Origin: a virus
Lineage: Duplodnaviria > Caudoviricetes
IMG/VR virus record: IMGVR_UViG_2901966883_000003
Reading direction: 5' to 3' (one strand)
DNA length: 64,000 bases
Below, piece after piece: positions 58,941 through 64,000 of this stretch (positions are counted from its first letter, which is position 1; every line of letters starts with the position of its first letter). The position numbers were made by a program, and so were the translations under genes. The notes under the pieces were generated by a model. That model worked only from the letters and a program-made list of their open reading frames with translations, searched no databases and had not been told where the DNA came from.

Positions 58941-59933
58941 ATGGCAATCGAAATGAAAGATTTAGCAAAATTAGCTAAAGACGCTTATCATAATCGCAAC
59001 CTTGAATTTAACAACGTTTCTGCTTCTGACGCAATGCGTAACGCTGTTAAAGACGCTTTGGGTGGCGAATTTACATCAGTATCTTGGGGAAAGAACAAAT
59101 GGGAAGTATTTAGTATCTTACAAACAGCTTTAGATGTTGTTATCCCAGAACGTTTGAAGAACCAATTAGACGGTTTCGCAGACTACCGTACAGCTAACTT
59201 GGGCGACAAACCATTGTTCACATACAATGACCCTAAAGCAGTTCGTGTAGGACGTATCGCTGGTGGTGCAAACGACATGCGTAGACAAACAATTACAGGT
59301 CGTTCATTCACAATCGAAACAGAATGGTATGGAGCAGCTGTATATGCTGAATTTGAACAATTCATGGCTGGAGATATTGATTGGACAGACCTTGTAAATC
59401 GTGTCGCTGACGGTTTCGTATCATTTATCGAAGAACGTATTGCAGAAGGTTTGGAACAATCATACACACTATTAGGTGCAAACGACAAAATTGAAGGTAG
59501 CTTAACACTTGATGGTCTTGTTAAGTTAGCACAACGTATCAAGATTAAGTCTGGTGGTAAAGAAGTTGCTATCTATGGTACAGCTGCTGCATTAGCTAAA
59601 ATCGCTGCTTTAGACAATGTTCAATTATACAGTGGCGACATGAAGAACGAACTTAACCAAAAAGGTTACTTAGGAATGGTTCGTGGCTTGAAATTAATTG
59701 AAATTCCACAAGCATTTAAGACAAACTCAGATGAATTTGCTATTGGTGATGACAAAGTTATTGTATTACCAGCTGGCGAAAAGATTGTTGGTGTTGTTAC
59801 AGAAGGTACAACAGAAGTGTACGAAGCAGACCAAACATCTAACACATCTATGCAATTAGGATTTGCAACACGTAGAAAACTCGGTGTTGGAGTATTGCAA
59901 ATGCGTGTTTACGGTATGGCTAAATTAGCTTAA
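58941..59933 (+). CDS. Major capsid protein
   Basis: 330 aa, position in the head module, strongly biased codon use. Confidence 0.8.
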   Translation: MAIEMKDLAKLAKDAYHNRNLEFNNVSASDAMRNAVKDALGGEFTSVSWGKNKWEVFSILQTALDVVIPERLKNQLDGFADYRTANLGDKPLFTYNDPKAVRVGRIAGGANDMRRQTITGRSFTIETEWYGAAVYAEFEQFMAGDIDWTDLVNRVADGFVSFIEERIAEGLEQSYTLLGANDKIEGSLTLDGLVKLAQRIKIKSGGKEVAIYGTAAALAKIAALDNVQLYSGDMKNELNQKGYLGMVRGLKLIEIPQAFKTNSDEFAIGDDKVIVLPAGEKIVGVVTEGTTEVYEADQTSNTSMQLGFATRRKLGVGVLQMRVYGMAKLA

Positions 59934-59948
59934 TTATTGTAAGCGATT

Positions 59949-59979
59949 ACATGGTAAAGGTTCGACTCCTTTATCATGT
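59949..59979 (+). ncRNA. 12-bp minihelix capped by a tRNA T loop
   Basis: ACATGGTAAAGG-TTCGACT-CCTTTATCATGT, 15 nt after the capsid stop. Confidence 0.6.
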
Positions 59980-60022
59980 TTAGAGATTTTGGCAAAACTA
60001 AGAGATAGGAGAGTGAGCTGTT

Positions 60023-60580
60023 TTGGCTAGAAATCATGAAAGAAAAAAGAGAGTAAGAAAACAAATTCCAGCAGACGTAGAAGTCACTGTGGCAAATAAC
60101 ACAGATGGAATGTTTGAATATCAATCACCTAACAAGGTTTTAACCTTGAGCATGGAAAAATATGGTGATGAAGAATTTGTAAATTTTGAAGATTTACGTC
60201 AGTTAAAGAGGTATTTAGAAGACTTTTCATTAGTCATTGTGGACGTAAATTCTGATGAATATTCAGTTATTGATATTGCACGTAGTTTACGTGTGAACCG
60301 TAGTTATGAAGAATATTTTAAGTCTATTCTTGGACTTTCAGATGAAGAAATGGAAGAAGAATATGACATTGACCTAGAAGAACTTGACGACTTTATCAAA
60401 GATAGCACTTTGGAAGAATACAAGGTGCAATTAGAAGGTCGTATCAAGAAAACTATCATTGAACGTTCTGTTGCATTATATCGTGAAGGTGAATTAAACG
60501 ATTATAGTAAGCTACAAGCATTGAAAGCAACAAGACCAGTAGATGAACGAGAAACATTTCTGGACTATGTTAAAGGCTAA
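60023..60580 (+). CDS. Head-module hypothetical protein
   Basis: Acidic ORF after the capsid gene; TTG start. Confidence 0.7.
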   Translation: MARNHERKKRVRKQIPADVEVTVANNTDGMFEYQSPNKVLTLSMEKYGDEEFVNFEDLRQLKRYLEDFSLVIVDVNSDEYSVIDIARSLRVNRSYEEYFKSILGLSDEEMEEEYDIDLEELDDFIKDSTLEEYKVQLEGRIKKTIIERSVALYREGELNDYSKLQALKATRPVDERETFLDYVKG

Positions 60581-60606
60581 TCTTCCATTGGAAAGGAAGT
60601 GTTGAA

Positions 60607-62151
60607 CCATTAATAAAAATTATAATAAATTAAATAAAAGTCTATCAGAAAGCGTAAAAATATAGGTAGTCTTTAAGACAATAAATCCAAAACCATAAAA
60701 CGTCTTCATTTTAATATGAATATATATTGGCTTACTTCTATAAAATTAGTATAATATAGAAGATAAAATTATTATACCAATTTAGTGAAATAAAGTGAGG
60801 TGGCATATATGATTAGAACGCAAAAAGTAAGACTTTATCCAAATCAAACCATGAAGAAAGTTCTTGATGATTTATGTGATTATCGTAGATATTGTTGGAA
60901 TCAAGGGTTGGCTTTATGGAATGATATGTATGATAGTTCCTTAATTTTAGATGATAAAAAGCTGAGACCTAATGAGTACAAGGTGAGGAAAGAGTTGGTA
61001 GCTAATAAAGAAGATTGGCAATATCAATTATCTTCCAGATGTTTGCAGTTAGCGAGTGTAGACTTGGGCAAAGCGTGGGATAACTTTTTTAATAAGGCAT
61101 TACCAGATTGGGGCAAACCTAAATATAAGTCTAAAAAAGCTCCTAGACAAGGTTTTAAAACTGATAGAGCCAAGATTGTCAACGGGAAACTAAGACTTGA
61201 CAAACCACACAGAATCAAAACTTGGTATGATATTAAGTTTAAAGGTGCTAAGAGCTTAGATGGTGATTTAAAAGTTGTATCAATCTATCGTGAAAATGGT
61301 AAATACTGGGCTAGTTTACCTTTTGAAGTTGAAATAGCTAAGAAAGATAAAACTTGTAAGAAAACAGCAGTTGATGTTAATGTAGGTCATTTCAACTATA
61401 CCGAAGGTAAAGTTAATACATTGCCTAATCATCTAAAGAAACTCTATAAACGTATCAAACATTACCAACGTCAGTTGGCTAGAAAACGTGTTGTTAATGG
61501 AAAGAAAGCTACTCAATCGCATAATTATGTTAAAACGAGAGCCAAGTTACAACGTGATTATCGTAAAGTGGCTAATATCCAACATGATATTATTCATAAA
61601 TTTACAACTAAATTAGTAAGTGATTACGACAAAATCGTAATCGAAGATTTAGATGTGAAGAAAATGCAGATGACACACGTTGCTTCTAAAGGTTTACACC
61701 GTTCACAATTTGGTTATTTTAGGCAAATGTTGACCTATAAAGCTGATTGGTATGGTAAGGAAATAGTCTTAGCAGACCAATATTATCCAAGCACACAAAG
61801 ATGTTCTGAATGTGGATATATCAAGACTGGCGAAGATAAAGTTGGTCTTAATGGTAATCGTAAGCATGGAACAAAACATAACGAATATATTTGTTATGAA
61901 TGTGGTTCGATTATGGATAGAGATGAAAATGCAGTTATGAATTTATTAAATTTAGTAGCATAAAAATACAACGGGGTGGGCTACACCCTTATGCTATCAG
62001 AGCTAGTCAATGTCATTACCCTTTAGTTAGGATATGGGAATACTAGCGTTGACGGTAGTAAATAAAATCTAGGAAAGGAAAAACTATATTTCTTTCTAAT
62101 AATATAGAACTAATAACTATTGGTCTATATTATTCTACATTTTATATAGCG
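60607..62151 (+). mobile_element. Non-autonomous IS607/IS605-like tnpB element (ends approximate)
   Basis: AT-rich left end CCATTAATAAAA..., tnpB, ~190 nt structured 3' region ending ...TTTTATATAGCG; interrupts the head operon; no tnpA. Confidence 0.65.
60800..61963 (+). CDS. tnpB: TnpB-family RNA-guided endonuclease
   Basis: KVRLYPN N-terminus, AVDVN, VIEDL, YPSTQRCSECG, DRDENAVMNL; catalytic triad intact. Confidence 0.95.
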   Translation: MAYMIRTQKVRLYPNQTMKKVLDDLCDYRRYCWNQGLALWNDMYDSSLILDDKKLRPNEYKVRKELVANKEDWQYQLSSRCLQLASVDLGKAWDNFFNKALPDWGKPKYKSKKAPRQGFKTDRAKIVNGKLRLDKPHRIKTWYDIKFKGAKSLDGDLKVVSIYRENGKYWASLPFEVEIAKKDKTCKKTAVDVNVGHFNYTEGKVNTLPNHLKKLYKRIKHYQRQLARKRVVNGKKATQSHNYVKTRAKLQRDYRKVANIQHDIIHKFTTKLVSDYDKIVIEDLDVKKMQMTHVASKGLHRSQFGYFRQMLTYKADWYGKEIVLADQYYPSTQRCSECGYIKTGEDKVGLNGNRKHGTKHNEYICYECGSIMDRDENAVMNLLNLVA

Positions 62152-62163
62152 AGGTGTTAGTCA

Positions 62164-62703
62164 TTGGATAACGAAGAAGAAAAAGTAGTAGATGGACAAC
62201 CTACTACAAATGAAGAAGTAACAGCTAATGAGAATGAAACGGTGGTTGAGGAAGAAAAGCCACATACAAGTTTTGAAGAAGTATATAAGCTGTTTCTAAA
62301 TTCTATAGACAGTTATGAACTAGCTGCGATTGCTCAAAATGGTGATGATGAACTAGACGAGGTATTACAAGGTTTTCTGAGTAATGCTTTGGGTAGATTT
62401 GTAAATTATATTGCTAAAGATTTACTTGATGTTGATTACGAAAAAGGTCAATTCAATGTTGAGCTTACAAGATATGAAGAAATCATGTTGGCTAAGGCTA
62501 TGAAACTGGAATGGGTACTTAACAAAAAGTATTCAGAAGAATTAATGGTTAAAGCTATTGGTGATAGAGATTATGCAGCTGTTCAAGGTTATAAATATTT
62601 AGAGCAACTACAATCTATGGAAAAACAATTAGTTAAAGAAATTGATATTATGGTACAACGAGTTGAGTTTGGAAATCCAGATGTGTTAGGGGATATGGCT
62701 TAA
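62164..62703 (+). CDS. Probable head-completion / connector protein
   Basis: Position in the morphogenesis operon; TSFEEVYKLFL...FNVELT..E..LA.AM..EW. Confidence 0.6.
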   Translation: MDNEEEKVVDGQPTTNEEVTANENETVVEEEKPHTSFEEVYKLFLNSIDSYELAAIAQNGDDELDEVLQGFLSNALGRFVNYIAKDLLDVDYEKGQFNVELTRYEEIMLAKAMKLEWVLNKKYSEELMVKAIGDRDYAAVQGYKYLEQLQSMEKQLVKEIDIMVQRVEFGNPDVLGDMA

Positions 62704-63824
62704 TGGGATATTCAGATATGTATCTTAGAAGAATGAAATCTCTAGGTGACAATACTTATGAGCGTAACTTTAAGCGTAAAGCACACGAATATAAGATTTA
62801 TTCAGAAAATACATTGAATAGATTTCCTTGTTACATTGACGGTCGTAAAGAATATGCTATATTCCAAGACCATTCACAAGCTAACAATAAAGACTTGTCA
62901 GATGATAAGTATCTTATCTTAGACAATGATGTTGAATGTAACGTTGGTAGTTATCTTCAATGGGACGTACCACAATGGGGGAAGTCTGAATGGCTTGTAT
63001 TTACAGAAGAACATAAAACAATTCCAACTCATCAACAGTTAAAGATTAAAGAAGTAAACCAAAGATTGAAATGGATTGTAGATTATAACGGTCATAAGGT
63101 ATGTAACAACGGTGAAGGCTGGGGAGCATACGTACAAAACCAGACATTATATACACTGGGTGTTAGCTTTGCTGGTAACTATACTTCATTGGTTAATGCC
63201 AAGATGATGTTATATCTACAAGACAATGAAGAAACAAGAAAATTAGGTATCGGGACTAGATTATTTATCGGTAGTAACGTTTATAAGATTGAATTTGCCG
63301 ATAATATCTCTCGTGTAGGGTTGATTAACTTCTTACTTGATGAAGATACTAAGAACCCAGAAATAGATAACTATGAACTAGGGATAGCTGATTATTGGCA
63401 AAAAGATGATTACAAAGATAAAGATAAGGGTGGAAAAGATACGACACCTACAAATCCAGATACAGATGATAAGACTAAAGATGATGAAAATCATGATAAT
63501 ACAGGCGATACACCAGAAGAACCTAACCAGCCACAAATTGACTGGAAGATAGTCGGTGAAGATAGGGCTAAGTTAGGTAGAAGTTATATATATAAGACTG
63601 TTTACACTGATGAACAAGGTGTGGAACAACCTTATAACGTAACAGAATGGGTAGCTGCTGATATTGAAGATTTACCATTCACTATCCAAGATAGAACAGA
63701 AAATACCTTAGCAATTAGGGTTAAGAAAGATAGAAGATTGGTAGGTCAGAAATCAAATATCATGGCAAAAGACGCTAATGGTGTAGTTAAGAATTTAGCA
63801 ATAACTATTGTAAACATGTTCTAG
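62703..63824 (+). CDS. Probable head-closure / neck structural protein
   Basis: Coupled to the previous gene; beta-rich with a C-terminal Ig-like segment. Confidence 0.55.
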   Translation: MGYSDMYLRRMKSLGDNTYERNFKRKAHEYKIYSENTLNRFPCYIDGRKEYAIFQDHSQANNKDLSDDKYLILDNDVECNVGSYLQWDVPQWGKSEWLVFTEEHKTIPTHQQLKIKEVNQRLKWIVDYNGHKVCNNGEGWGAYVQNQTLYTLGVSFAGNYTSLVNAKMMLYLQDNEETRKLGIGTRLFIGSNVYKIEFADNISRVGLINFLLDEDTKNPEIDNYELGIADYWQKDDYKDKDKGGKDTTPTNPDTDDKTKDDENHDNTGDTPEEPNQPQIDWKIVGEDRAKLGRSYIYKTVYTDEQGVEQPYNVTEWVAADIEDLPFTIQDRTENTLAIRVKKDRRLVGQKSNIMAKDANGVVKNLAITIVNMF

Positions 63825-63836
63825 GAGGAAGTTTAA

Positions 63837-64000
63837 GTGAAAAGTTTAAAGATTAAACCACAAGTATTTAAACATTTAGATAGCAATACGGAACTAACCA
63901 TCAATTTGATTAGTGGTATTAAAGAAGTTCAGTTAAACCCAGAACATAGTTATAAATTAAAAATCAAAAACAATACAGGGTATCTAACTGAATATAACTT
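63837..64000 (+). CDS. Start of the next structural-region ORF (truncated by the window)
   Basis: AGGAGG RBS then GTG AAA AGT TTA..., open to the window end. Confidence 0.6.
   Translation, partial: MKSLKIKPQVFKHLDSNTELTINLISGIKEVQLNPEHSYKLKIKNNTGYLTEYN

Overview
AT-rich segment of a large temperate phage-plasmid with SPbeta-like gene order, probably from a lactobacillus-type Firmicute (inferred from composition and gene families, not from a search). The left arm (minus strand, 1-38.8 kb) holds nucleotide-metabolism genes (dNK, NrdH, PnuC, dNMP kinase), a tRNA/ncRNA cluster, replication and recombination genes (RecD2, DnaB-like helicase, AAA ATPase, SSB-like protein), two tyrosine-recombinase-fold genes, an orphan HigB, an antirepressor and many small early ORFs. 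The centre holds a switch (four tandem promoters with GTAC-N7-GTAC operators and an XRE repressor), a 2.3 kb non-coding island with an exact chromosomal parS, a ParA partition locus and a RepA_N replicon. The right arm (plus strand) holds HU, terminase, portal, protease/scaffold, capsid and head-completion genes. Three RNA-guided nucleases (two TnpB, one IscB) occur with no TnpA in the window. Best candidate for a new system: an intact TnpB followed by a type I-E-like leader and a 4-repeat mini CRISPR array with no cas genes, whose last spacer matches a tRNA-like element about 300 bp upstream of the same tnpB. Also notable: two tandem group I introns flanking a 6-nt micro-exon in the terminase Walker A motif; a genome-wide family of aberrant tRNA-like elements; stem-loop sRNAs with anti-Shine-Dalgarno loops; a boxA-led structured leader RNA; several apparent ATA/ATT/ATC start codons. 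All calls come from reading the sequence by eye; no database searches or folding programs were run.
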